A DNA stretch of 63,297 nt, filler included, from Octopus bimaculoides (lineage: Eukaryota): the NCBI RefSeq assembly GCF_001194135.2. It is 8 parts of 8 records of this genome, joined end to end, with 100 filler letters (N's around TTAATTAATTAA, not from the genome) between each part and the next. Parts side by side here need not be neighbours in the genome. Positions count along the whole stretch, not along the records: positions 1 to 12,866 come from NC_068998.1; 7 more parts are not named here. One strand, written 5' to 3'. A program made the position numbers and the translations under genes. The notes below the pieces were generated by a model. The model saw only the letters and a program-made list of their open reading frames with translations, was not told the DNA's origin and did no database searches. Below are positions 1-12,866 of this stretch, piece after piece (position 1 is the stretch's first letter; every line of letters starts with the position of its first letter).

Positions 1-367
1 CATATATATATTTATATTTATATATTATAATATAATATAAATAAGTATTTTAGGAGAAGGTTGAATAAAGCCATAGTGGAACTCTTAAATGTCTATGAAT
101 GAATTTCTCCAGAAAACTAATTCAGGTTATTGTCTTCATTTAATTGCAGGTGAAGAAATTCTCATGTGAATTTTTGATAAGTAGCTAGTTTTGCAGAAAC
201 ATAACGTGTTCCGTTAATGCATAAATACACAAACATACATACATACATATATACATACATACATATATACATACATATATACATAAATACACAAGGAGGC
301 ATACATACATACAAACATACATACATGCATACATGCATACGTACATACATACATACATACATACATA

Positions 368-3300
368 TGCGTCAAAATCTGCCAGAAGCGGCGTAAAAAA
401 TAATGTAAACAAATCACCTCTCCCGCCATCGCTAAATTCGAGTGTGTCTCCAAATTCAGCTGACTCAGTAGCGAAGACAGCGGAATACATCCAACTCAAA
501 AACATCTTAAAATTACAATTCACAAAAAAATTGCTACTTTCTCGAAGCTTTCGTTGAGTTATAAACTATTCCCAACACGAGTGAGAAAAAATTCGACCGA
601 TCTAATGTTTAAGGTTATCAACGATGTTGCTGGAGAGCTCATGGAATCACGTGATGTTAATTACTGGAATATTAATACTGTTATATACACAGCGGCTATT
701 ACTCTTAAAGAACATCTAGGAGAAATTTACAGCGAGCAAAGTAACGAAATTACTAAACGGAAACAACCTAGATGGAAAACAAAACTTGAAGAGAACATCA
801 GCAACGTGCGCCGCCATATTGGATGGTTAACTACAATAATAAAATCTAAGGAGAAAATTGAGTTTACACCTCCTCAACTCTACTTTAGACAAAAATCAAT
901 GAAACTTTATGGCGACTCTTAACACCGAGATTCAAACATGAACTCAGGACGATGAGCGAGGAACTCCGCTATCGCAAGCAAATTTTTGAGCGAGCCATTA
1001 TCAATCGCAAGTTTGCTTCCAACCCACAATCATCACACACAGAGATGAGGAAGTAAAATATTACCATTAAGAAAGCTCCCTCCCAAGAAGATCTACAATC
1101 ATTCTGGTCAAAACTTTGGAACGAAATGAGGGATTTCAACCTGAATGCATCATGGTTAAATACAATTGAGAGAGAATACTGCACCAACACTAAGTAAAAC
1201 ATAAAAATTTGATGCAGAATCCTTCGCTATAGCAGTAGACAAACTGCAGGATGGGAAGGCACCTGGAAGGAACCTAATAGTTCGATATTGGTACAAGAAG
1301 CTGACATTTTATAGAAACCGATTGATATGTACGTTCAAAGGGATTATGGAAGGTCAGACTGATATACCACATCGGCTTGCTACAGCAAGGATAAATCTTG
1401 TTGCCAAAACATGAAATCACCGTGATGGCAGGAAACTACAGGCCTATCGTTTGCCTAAATATTATGTACAAACTGTACACAACTTGCCTCAACCAATTCC
1501 TCCAGGGCCATTGTGAGTCGAACAATATTGTGACTGGTGAACAGGCTGGTGGAAAGAAGGGAGTGTGGGGATGTACCGAACAACTTTTAATAAACAAAGT
1601 TGTACTGTATGAAGTAAGAAAACTACGCAGAAACCTTGTGACTTGACTATAAGAAGGTATTCGATTCTATCGCTCATTCATGGCTGTTGAAGTGCCTACA
1701 TCTGGCAAAGGTACCTACTACCTTAATTGCTGCTACAGAGAGACTCACAAAGACATGGACAACAATTCCAATTCTTACCCTACAACTGAGCACAGAATAA
1801 CTGTTTCTAATAGTATAGGCATTACAAAGGGAATATTCCAGGGAGATAATCTTTCTGTACTGCTTTTCATTTTGGCACTGAATCCGTTATCGTTCCTACT
1901 GCAGAAAACAAATGGTTGCATGCTAGGATCTTCAACTACCAGAAATAGCAATGTAACTCATAATTTCTTTATAGACGACCTAAAAGTGTTAACTATGCCG
2001 CAAAACAACTGGAATTAATAACATTGTCAGCTGATATAGGCATGAAATTTGGCCAAAAGAAATGTTCATATTTGGTTATTAAACGAGGAAAGTCAGTCCC
2101 CCAGTCTCTCTATCTCCCCCACATAAAGAATATTACAAGCGCCTAGGCATAGACGAAAATGTATCATATGAAGGCACTGTGAATAAAGATAGAGTGATCC
2201 GAGAATAATAACCAGTCTTAGGAACTCTCCTCTTACAAAAAAACAATATCCCACAATGCATTTCAGTACCAGTGCTGATCCCAACATTTGTGATACTTTA
2301 CTGATCTGTAGAGGAAATCCACTCCATAAATATCAAAACGCGCAAAATCCTGACAACAACCGAGAACTTCCACAGAAACAGTGTTGTTGACAAGCTCTAC
2401 CTAAGAAGAAATGAAGGTTGTAGAGGCCTGAGATCAGTACAAACGGCCTTTGAATGCCGTATGGTATCAGGCAGGCAGCACCTGCTAAACAATAGCAGCT
2501 AAAATAAAGATATTAATGCAGTCCTGAAGAGTGAAGTTTGCGAGATTGTACGAGTTGGTAGTGAACTCCTCAAGAAACACTCGCTTCTTGATGATCTCCT
2601 ATACAGCCCCAAAACAGCTGGGCTCTCTTATCTCAGAGAAGACCTGGATGGAAAGCACTCAGCATACGCAAAAAAGACCATGCATGGGTATGTTTCCCGG
2701 AAACTTGAAGATGACAGTAGAACTGACAAGAAGCGCAGCCTCTCTTGGACATAAGACTACTACATCACATTACACTTTGAAGGCTATGGGTTTGCAATCC
2801 AGGAACAGGAGATTGCCACAAAGTACCTGCTGAACAAGAGAGACAGTGACACTCTTGTAATCCCAAGGTGGAAGACATTGCGCATGTGATTAGCAGCTGT
2901 CCTAAAATGTCGTCACGGTACTACCTCCCTATGCGGCACGATGTTGTTGCTGAAACAATTTACAATGCGATCCGCAAAAAAATACTGTCCTGGAATACAC
3001 TTAGAAAATGCGTCTGTTATGGAATACATTCATAAACACTAACTCAAGGAATACTAGTAGAATATTCCCATCAAAACCTCTGTCCAATGTAAGCATAACA
3101 GGCCGGATATTGTTTTTTGGGAGGGAGGGGAAAATGTATGTACCATCATTAAGATTAGCTACCCTGCAGATATAAATATCTCTTTGAAAATCAAAGAAAA
3201 AGAGGATATCTATGGACAGCTGCTTCGAAACCTCCAACTTCTCTGCCCAGACTATAAATTCATATTCATACCAATAATAATTGGAGCACTAGGTTTTGTT

Positions 3301-3542
3301 AGTAAATGCATGAAGTGGAGTCTGGATAAACTGGGATTTTCAGAAAGAGAAATTGACCGGCTAATTCGTACATTACAAGTTCAATCTGTGAGTGGAACGG
3401 TAAAAATATCCAAAACTTTTCTCAAGTTCGAAATGTGAATTTGTCTGTGTTAACTGCATTTCAAAGATGGAGCCTTGTATCTTTGTTGGAAACCGGTTCC
3501 CTCCTCGGTGAGAGATTTATAAGAGTTAAAAAACAGAAAAGG
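368..3542 (+). mobile_element. Degenerate, 5'-truncated RLE-type (R2/R4/NeSL-group) non-LTR retrotransposon
   Basis: Frameshifted RT motifs GNYRPIVCLNIMYKL, EQAG..GCTEQLLIN, DYKKVFDS, GIFQGDNLS and FIDDLK. C-terminal HVISSCPK...RHD, RPDIV and PIIIGALG endonuclease-region motifs. Stop at 3438, then about 100 nt of 3' UTR. (CATA)n lies on both sides. Confidence 0.9.
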
Positions 3543-3580
3543 CATACATACATACATACTTACATACACACATACATAAA

Positions 3581-3623
<43 letters not shown>

Positions 3624-3738
3624 NNNNNNNNNNNNNNNNNNNNNNNNNNNNNNNNNNNNNNNAAAACAACAACAGACGAGGACAGGTGGTGTAAACAACA
3701 AAAGGATGTATTAGTTTGACGCTCGGGAATACAGAAAG

Positions 3739-3775
3739 TCTTTAACGTTTCGAGCTACGCTCTTCAACAGAAAGA
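3739..3775 (-). ncRNA. Minimal hammerhead ribozyme motif in a Penelope-like terminal repeat (about 3660-3835)
   Basis: Minus strand TCTTT-CTGTTGA-A-GAGC(GTA)GCTC-GAA-ACGT-T-AAAGA. Perfect 5-bp stem I, 4-bp stem II, palindromic ACGT stem III, and variant core CUGUUGA. Confidence 0.55.
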
Positions 3776-4053
3776 ATACGGAGAAAAGGAGAAAAACACG
3801 GAGAAAAAAAATTGAATGGTGTTTGGTCAACGATTAATCATGGCGTATGTATGTATGTATGTATGTATGTATGTATGTATGTATGTATGTATGTATGTAT
3901 GTATGGCTTGAAATTTTTCTGGTAAAATTTACTGACAGCAATAGGATTGCGGTTTATTTAATTTGGGGGAACTTCTTATAGCGTAATTTTCTAAGCTCCT
4001 CTACGGGTATCAGCAACCGAATGCTATCGTACAGTAGGACTTTTCCTAGTAGG

Positions 4054-4149
<96 letters not shown>

Positions 4150-4489
4150 GTTATGTATGCTTATGTGCGTAAAGTGTTTAGTAGTTACTTCCTCTGACTT
4201 GTCTTTCTGGTAAATCACTGAATAACAAGTTTTTCAGTTCCGTTTTCACTTATGTCCTCTTCGCAATGCTTGTCTAGACTCTAGAGATGTACTCTCGCTA
4301 GATTAGCCATCGTTCCAAGGTCGAGGCCAAGTGAGAAATTTGGGTGATAAATTTGATTTGGAGACGATTGCCGCATTGTTGTTGTTCTTCTTATTTAAAC
4401 CAACACCAACTCTGATCGAGGAGGCAGACTTTTATTCAAAGATACTCCATCCGTGACATTTTCGCCAGTTATTCAGCGATATTCTTTTA

Positions 4490-4690
4490 TTCTTTTACTT
4501 GTTTCAGTCATTTGACTGCAGCCATGCTGGAGCACCACCTTTAGTTAAAGAAATCGACCCCAAAACTTATTCTTTGTAAGCCTAGTACTTATTTTATCTG
4601 TCTGTTTTGCCAAACCGCTAACTACAGGGACGTAAACATACTAACATCGGTTGTCAAGCGATGGTGTGGTGACAAACACAGACACACAAA
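4490..4690 (-). mobile_element. SINE family A, 3' half
   Basis: Reverse complement of the family A tail (GCCATGCTGGAGCACCACC...ATCGGTTGTCAAGCGATGG). Confidence 0.85.
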
Positions 4691-4771
4691 TACACACATT
4701 ATATATATATATATATATATATATACATACATACATACATACATATATATATACTCATACACACACACCCA

Positions 4772-4845
<74 letters not shown>

Positions 4846-4846
<1 letters not shown>

Positions 4847-5235
4847 GCGTGGCTGTGTGGTAGGAAGCTCGCTTCCCAACCACATGGTTCTTGGGTCAGT
4901 TCCACTGCGCGGCACCTTGGGGAGATGCCTTCTACTATAACCTCGGGCCGACCAAAGCCTTGTGAGTGGATTTGGTAGACGGAAACTGAAAGAAGCCCGT
5001 CTTATATATAAATGTGGGCGGGGGTCTGTGCTTGTTCCTCTCTACCGCTTGATAACCGGTGTTGGTGTGTGTACATCCCCGTAACTTAACGGCTCGGTAA
5101 AAAAGACCGTCAGAATAAGTACCTGGCTTTAAAAACAAACGTAATGGAGTTGATTCATTTAAGTAAAATTTTTCAAGGCGGTGCCCCAGCATGACCGCTG
5201 TCTAATAACTGAAACAAGATTAGATAAAAGAGAAA
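4846..5235 (+). mobile_element. tRNA-derived SINE family A, near full length
   Basis: Head GGCGTGGCTGTGTGGTAGGAAG...GGGTCAGTTCC, body CCTCGGGCCGACCAAAGCCTTGTGAGTGGATTTGGTAGACGGAAAC, tail GGCGGTGCCCCAGCATG...GAAACAAG. The same family recurs throughout the window. Confidence 0.85.
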
Positions 5236-5813
5236 ATATAATTCCTTTTCTGGGGCAATTAAAATGGTATACGAGGTAGGTTTGGCTTTCATTTCTTGCC
5301 GGTCTGATCAATGCCACTGACAGAAAATCGGCAAGGAGGATCAAAACAGTTTTTGAGTCCCGTAAAGGCGGATCCTTTCAAAATTGAAGGGAGCTGTCAG
5401 ATTTTTTAGTTTTCATTTTTGGGACATGTGGGTGGGGGTGTGGATGGAGGGCTTTACAGATAATCACGAGCCCCCATCCCTAACTCTTCAGGACCAAGAT
5501 TGATGTAGCGGCTGAACTCCAAACCCCTAAGGATCAAAAACGGCGTATTCTATACTTCGCTAACGAGGTTATGATAACGATGAAGACAATGATGACGACA
5601 ACGATGCATTTGTTTCTTATGTCGAGCAGACATAAGATAAACGTCGTGTTTCCATTTTGATAATCCCATTTTTTTGTATATTCTGAACTACATTGTTTAA
5701 TATGTCCTAAATTTAAGACGGTATGATAAAAATATAAGGACCTTTGACTGTTATTTCTAGCACTCCTTCTCTGTCTGTCTGTCTGTCTGTCTACCTCTCT
5801 ATCTCTCTCTCTA

Positions 5814-5852
<39 letters not shown>

Positions 5853-7106
5853 CTCTCTCTCCCTCTCTCTCTGGTGTCATTATTTAGTCTCAGGTTAGCT
5901 CTGTATGAGCAGATTTGAGACTTAACAGCAACACCCAACAGAGAGCTTCCTTGCAGTCGCTTGGTGTGCTAGAAATAACAGACAAATCTTCCTAAAGACA
6001 TTTTACTAGCGAAAATTCTTTCGCTTTTTAAGACGCTAAAATAGGATATGAGGGACGTTGCGCTTTCTAGCAAATCGAGCATCCATGTTATAGTCTCTCT
6101 CGGTGGTGGCGTGGTTAATTGATGGTGGTCGCTATGGGGCACTGATAATGATGATTGGTGTTATCACCCATCATTGATAACGTTGAATTGAAACACAAGA
6201 TACTTATGGCAATCTTCAACATTATTAAATCACTAAAAAATGAAAAATAAAATAAAAAGAAAAATTGGACCCTTTTTTCCGCACATAGATTCAACGAGAG
6301 AATAAAATAAACCTTGAAATGTTTAAGGTTTAGAAGTGAGATAAAACTTATTAAAGGAAAGATGAACCGCTCGATTGCATTAAATGTCTCCAGTGAGAAA
6401 ACTATTTGACAGGGATGGTTAGTTCATCGTAAACCTTAACGATGGGTATTATCCACTATCTTATCTTTTCCCATTATGAAGAAAGATTTTTTAATGTCGC
6501 TCCTTTATCCCAGCTGCTGATCATAGCGCTGAGATAAGACATCATGCTGTCAGTTATCTACATTGGTAAACATGTAAACATTGCCGGGAGCATTTCAGCG
6601 CTATGACTTCCTTAAAAGCTTTATTTATCAGATAAGAGATAAAGGTCTCGTTATTGGATAATAGAGGGGTTCAGTGGCCAATAAAAAACACTTTGGGAGA
6701 TTAGATACTATGGGTTTTGTTGTATGTTGCTTGATGTTTTGAAGGTTTTAGTGTTTTAAGTTTCTTTTTGTTTTCCATTTTGTGACTTTTTTCGTTTCAT
6801 TTTACATCTATTTTCTGTAGTATATTAGCTAAATTTTATTTCTAGTTTTCGCTTTAATACATACATACATACATACATACATACATACATACATACATAC
6901 ATACATACATACATACACACATATGGATACATCTACATTAACACGCACACAGATATATATAAGTATATATGTGACTATATATGAGTGTATATATATACAT
7001 GTGTATATGTTTATGTATGAGTGTATATATATATATATATATATGCACACACCCACACATATACATACATATATACATATATATACATATGCACACACAC
7101 TCTCTC

Positions 7107-7222
<116 letters not shown>

Positions 7223-7789
7223 CGATGATTGCTTAATTGAATAGCTGTCACTTTATAAGGAAATAACGTCTTTTCAGGAAAAGCATTCTCCAAATTCTTT
7301 TCTTGATACTTTTTTTCTTTTCTTCATTTTCCCTTTCCGTTAATTTCCTTTTTTGTAAAATAATTCATGTTTAGTTCCTTTATCTTCGGGAGCAGAGGCG
7401 GTGGCGACAGCGGTGTTGATAGTGGAGGTTATAGCGGTTGAAGTCAGGCCGAGAAGAAAGTAATACACATATTGTTAAGTTACAATACAATGAAATGCTT
7501 ATGTAACAATACTCCTGTGAAAGTTTATATTGTTTAACTATGAGATTTTTGAGAACAATTTAATTGTCATCTAACATTTGACCTCTTGAGAAATAAACTG
7601 AGTTCATTTCGGTATGAATCAGTATCTAATATTAAAGATGCTTATGCTGTGACAGAATCGTTAGATCATCGAACAAAAAGTGCTTTACGATGTTATGTTT
7701 CTGCTTTTTAACGAACGTTATAAGTTCAAATCTCGCCGGAGCCAGCTTCTACAATTATTATTATGGGCACGCTGGGCTGTTGTCTGGGG

Positions 7790-8160
7790 GCCACACGGGT
7801 CTAGGAAATCAATTATGATCTGTATAGGCTGTGGTATACTGTCAATGAATAAATACTACAGGCCTAAGTACATTTATTTGTCCGGGACCTCACAGTTCTA
7901 AGGACCAATACGTGATCTATATATGCTGTGGTTTACTGTCAATAAATAAATATTATAGGCCTCAGTGCATTGTAGGGACCCATTTATGATCTATATATGC
8001 TGTGATTTATTGTCAATAAATACCACAGGCCTCAATGCATTAATTCACACGGGAGCCTGACGGATCTAGGAAACAAATTATGATCTCTATATGCTGTGGC
8101 TTACTGTTGATAAATAAATATTATTGGCTTTAGTGCATTGATTAGTCCGGACGCCTATAT
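7790..8160. repeat. Degenerate minisatellite, about 4 units of 70-110 bp
   Basis: TATGATCTATATATGCTGTGGTTTACTGTCAATAAATAAATA..ACAGGCCTCA.TGCATT recurs four times. Confidence 0.8.
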
Positions 8161-9098
8161 GCTACTGTGATGGCCCTGATTCGAGGATCAATAAACTGAA
8201 ACACCAGCAGTGTGCTGGACTGGACAAAAATGAATGTTCCCTTCTTGTCCTTAGAATTCAGTGCTTGTACTTATGTAAGAAATCAGTTTTAAATATTGTT
8301 ATTTAGTGGCCACTCACTTGCTTTGGAGATTGCACTCTGACTTTACAAGTTGTTTTAGGTACCTGTGTAGTTGTGAGCGTACATAGACACCTTCTCGGCT
8401 CTTCCACCCTTAAGTCAGCAAAATATCGAGAGATGTGACAACTGGAAGAAGAGAGAGCTGCTCCAGTAGTCGGTTGGCACTAATTCTTAGCTGAGTAAAC
8501 TGGAACAACGTGAAGTACCTTGCTCAAGGTCTCAATGCACTGTCCAGTCCAGAAATCGCGCACTCTGCTCTATGAGCGAGAAGTCAATACCTTAATCAAC
8601 AGACCACGCACCTTCACATAATTCTGCATAAGTACAGTGTGGTCGAATGCTTAAAATGATCACTTTGCAACCACGAGGTCTCGGGTTCGATCTCACTGTT
8701 AGCATCTTGGGCAAATGTAATTTTCTCTGGACCCATATATTGTGATTGAAATTGTGATTGAAATTGTGAGGGAAATTGAGTGAGCGAAATATAAGTCCGG
8801 TCGGGTGGATTGTACTTCAAATTCAAAAAGTACATACAGTATCATGCTAATTCTGTCAGAGAACTACATTAAGAGTACGCATGTCTGTGAAATATTCAGC
8901 CACCTATGTGTTAGTTCAAAAGGAAAATACAGAAAGGAGAATAAAGTTCACAGCTCATCTTCTTCCAGAGGTTATGAAGGTTGGTCCGTACTTCCGTGAA
9001 GTTATAGGTCATTAAGTATAATCCCAGATAAGTTCAGGCAGTATTTTGGCAGCATTTTGACAGTATTTTGGATGTGTCATTATATACATATATATGTG

Positions 9099-9149
<51 letters not shown>

Positions 9150-10056
9150 NNNNNNNNNNNNNNNNNNNNNNNNNNNNNNNNNNNNNNNNNNNNNNNNNNN
9201 NNNNNNNNNNNNNNNNNNNNNNNNNNNNNNNNNNNNNNNNNNNNNNNNNNNNNNNNNNNNNNNNNNNNNNNNNNNNNNNNNNNNNNNNNNNNNNNNNNNN
9301 NNNNNNNNNNNNNNNNNNNNNNNNNNNNNNNNNNNNNNNNNNNNNNNNNNNNNNNNNNNNNNNNNNNNNNNNNNNNNNNNNNNNNNNNNNNNNNNNNNNN
9401 NNNNNNNNNNNNNNNNNNNNNNNNNNNNNNNNNNNNNNNNNNNNNNNNNNNNNNNNNNNNNNNNNNNNNNNNNNNNNNNNNNNNNNNNNNNNNNNNNNNN
9501 NNNNNNNNNNNNNNNNNNNNNNNNNNNNNNNNNNNNNNNNNNNNNNNNNNNNNNNNNNNNNNNNNNNNNNNNNNNNNNNNNNNNNNNNNNNNNNNNNNNN
9601 NNNNNNNNNNNNNNNNNNNNNNNNNNNNNNNNNNNNNNNNNNNNNNNNNNNNNNNNNNNNNNNNNNNNNNNNNNNNNNNNNNNNNNNNNNNNNNNNNNNN
9701 NNNNNNNNNNNNNNNNNNNNNNNNNNNNNNNNNNNNNNNNNNNNNNNNNNNNNNNNNNNNNNNNNNNNNNNNNNNNNNNNNNNNNNNNNNNNNNNNNNNN
9801 NNNNNNNNNNNNNNNNNNNNNNNNNNNNNNNNNNNNNNNNNNNNNNNNNNNNNNNNNNNNNNNNNNNNNNNNNNNNNNNNNNNNNNNNNNNNNNNNNNNN
9901 NNNNNNNNNNNNNNNNNNNNNNNATATACATATATATATATATACATGCATATATTAGTACAGGACGTCACCAATGGTACAAACGAGGTAAATACGTAAA
10001 CAACGAGAAAAATATGGAAAACATGACAACTAAACACAGAGAAACCTTTCGTGGTC

Positions 10057-10133
10057 TGTCAGCTGTCTATCTACTGCTCATTTCGAGCATTCAACGACAA
10101 TGCTCGAAATGAGGAGTAGATAGACAGCCGACA
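10057..10133. repeat. 35-bp inverted repeat with 7-nt loop (2 mismatches)
   Basis: TGTCAGCTGTCTATCTACTGCTCATTTCGAGCATT-caacgac-AATGCTCGAAATGAGGAGTAGATAGACAGCCGACA. Confidence 0.9.
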
Positions 10134-10734
10134 ACTGATGAAGGGTCCTTAAACAGTAGCAGCACGATAAAGTGATGGTTTGTTGCCAACTTAATGTGAC
10201 AGTCCGAGGAAAGAGAAGAATAGTACTGCTACTGTATAAGTCTCTCTGAGAGATTTAGAAATGCAATATTTCTAATTTTGTAGATCAGTGAATTTATTTC
10301 ACTTGAAATTCTATAAGTTTCAAAGGCGAATAAGTCAAGCTACTGCAGACTGATGAAGAGCAATGACGATATTTCCTGGGGTTAAATAGCAGTAGCATTC
10401 TTCTCTTTCCTAGGATTGCCACATTAAGTTGGCAACATACATACATATATATATTATACACATACGCGAGCATGCATGTGTGTGTATCAAAATAGGAGAT
10501 TGGAAACAAACTGTTAGTATTATTTATTCACCATTATCATGTTTCACTTGGTAGCAAGAATTAAAAAAATATACATGTAGGAAAAAACATGTAAGATATC
10601 TCCTGCTAGAAATTCTCCATATAGAGCATCAAAGATACAGCATGGATTATAACTCAATCTACATGCTACGTGTGTGCGTTAGTACATGTGTGTGTATGGA
10701 GGATTGTATGATTATATTTGTAATTGTCTTACCA

Positions 10735-11645
10735 CCACCACCACTTGACAACCGGTGTTGGTTTGCTTGCGACCCGTAACCTTGTAGTGCGTCAAAAATG
10801 ACCGTTACAGTAAATACCAAAAGAACATTTGTTGGCCTAAAACCATTCAAGGCGGTGCTCCAGCAAGGCCGCAGTCCATTGACTGGAACAAGTAAGAGAT
10901 AAAAGATAACAGATGCTGGATTAGGAAATGAGTCATAGATGTGCAAAAGATGAAATGGTGATGGATAGAACGCTTGATTTTGGGTCACCTGGTATTAATT
11001 TATCGACTCCTGAAGTGACTAAAATGAACAATGATCTCTACTGGATTTAAACTGAAATGGTACCTTATTTATCGATCCCGAAAATATGAAAAGCAGAGCA
11101 CCGGGCGTTCAATCTGATGCTGTAACAACTTCACCAATTCTTCGGTTGCGAAAATATCCAAGATAATGTTTTACGATATTTTACTGTCTCTGACTTAGCC
11201 TCTTTATTACCGATTTCATGATTGGCACAAAGCTACATATTTTAGCTAAAGTACATCCTCAAAATATCGAGTCCATTACTTTATTTTAACTCCAGTTTTT
11301 ATTTTTTGGATTTTTTACTGCAGCCATAATGGGGCCATGCTGAGGCACCGCCTTGAAGGGTTTAGCCGAACAAATCAATACCAGTAGTTATTTTTTGTAA
11401 AGTCTGGTACTTATCCTATCGAGTTCTTTTTCCGAACTGCTAAGTTAAGAGGACGTAAACAAACCAACATGTGTTGTCAAGTGTTGGTAGGGAAAAACAA
11501 CACTTACATACACACACGCACACATACACATACACTTATAAACATACATGCATACACACACACACACACGACAGGCCCCCATGCAGTTTTCGTCTATCAA
11601 ATTCACTCACAAGGCATTGAGGTTATAGTTCAAGACATTTGTCCT
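10735..11645. mobile_element. Two SINE family A copies: + 3' half (about 10735-10910) and - copy (about 11300-11645)
   Basis: Shared family A motifs in opposite orientations. Confidence 0.75.
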
Positions 11646-12635
11646 GGATGCTGCAGACTTCTTAACTATACAGCTTTGCCTGCACCTGGAATGATAAACG
11701 ATGATATAAACCTCGGTGGAATTTAAACACAGAACGTGAAAGGAAACTGTTACATAATTCCCTTCTTGCACCATCAGATTGGTGAACGACTCCCTCGGGG
11801 CGTCTATTACGAACTCAACATGCTTATCATGACATGAAAAATGTTTGCAGAAGAATACAAATGTGGTCTCGCGTTACCTTGCTACGAGTATTGTATACAA
11901 GACAACATCTTGTCGGTTATAGTAAAGTCTGAAAGAGTGAGAAAGAGAGAGAACAAGAGGAAAGAAGAATCGAGTTTTTTCCTGAAAAGATATCATTCCT
12001 TATCAAGTGACAGCAATTCAATTAAACAATTTCGTTCGCCCATTTGTTTAATTCACCTTATATGAATTTATGTTGAACCCAACGGTTGTGTGGATGTGTT
12101 TCTAAATTTGTGTGTGTGTGTGAGTGTATATANNNNNNNNNNTATGTACATGTATGTACATACTTTCATCTACATGTACATATAGATACATAACTGGGTA
12201 CATGACGTGGCAAAAGAACATGGACAAAATTAAAAACAAGTTACAACAAACAAGCAAGCCACATAGAAACATCTCCTTCATCAGCTGCCACCATTAAAAC
12301 ACCGGCGTTTATATATATATATATGTATGTATGTATGTATGTGCGTGTATGTGTGTGCGTGTGTGTGTGTGTGTAGAGGATTCGTTGGATGCAGTGTAAG
12401 GCGATATCCAAACTGGAGTGGAAAGGGCTAGCCACTAGATTTGGTTAAAAAGAGACGATGAGCGATGGCTAGAAGAATATCGAGCTATATCTGATAATCA
12501 GTTGATCTAGCAAGCGAGACCTTATGTCAGTGGGATGGGGGTCACAATGATGCTGTCGGGAGGTAGACCTTGCTGGCTTCCGGTATGAAGAGCTTTCGAC
12601 TGATAGGACTTGCATGTGCAAGTTGTTTGTGAAAC

Positions 12636-12667
<32 letters not shown>

Positions 12668-12671
<4 letters not shown>

Positions 12672-12866
12672 TCATCATCGTTTAACGTCCGCTTTCCATG
12701 CTAGCATGGGTTGGACGATTCGACTGAGGACTGGTGAAACCGGATGGCAACACCAGGCTCCAATCTAAATTTGGCAGAGTTTCTACAGCTGGATGCCCTT
12801 CCTAACGCCAACCACTCAGAGAGTGTAGTAGGTGCTTTTACGTGTCACCTGCACGAAGGCCAGTCA
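12668..12866 (-). mobile_element. RTE-type LINE/SINE 3' tail
   Basis: Minus strand ends GGAAAGCGGACGTTAAACGATGATGAT with a (GAT)n tail. The 5' side is cut by a gap. Family assignment is from pattern recognition only. Confidence 0.5.

Noticed and set aside
7790-8160. Possible CRISPR-like repeat-spacer array
   Set aside because: The units are diverged, contiguous and of uneven length, with no unique spacers and no cas genes, in a eukaryotic context.
9012-10112. Long ORFs of 250-430 aa (also 31347-32648, 52185-53075 and 54405-55694)
   Set aside because: These are almost entirely X residues from N-gaps.
12270-12300. CTGATGAAGGAG on the minus strand (also CTGATGA at 10345 and a similar motif near 60890) as further hammerheads
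   Set aside because: No downstream GAAAC/stem III and no closing stem I could be identified.
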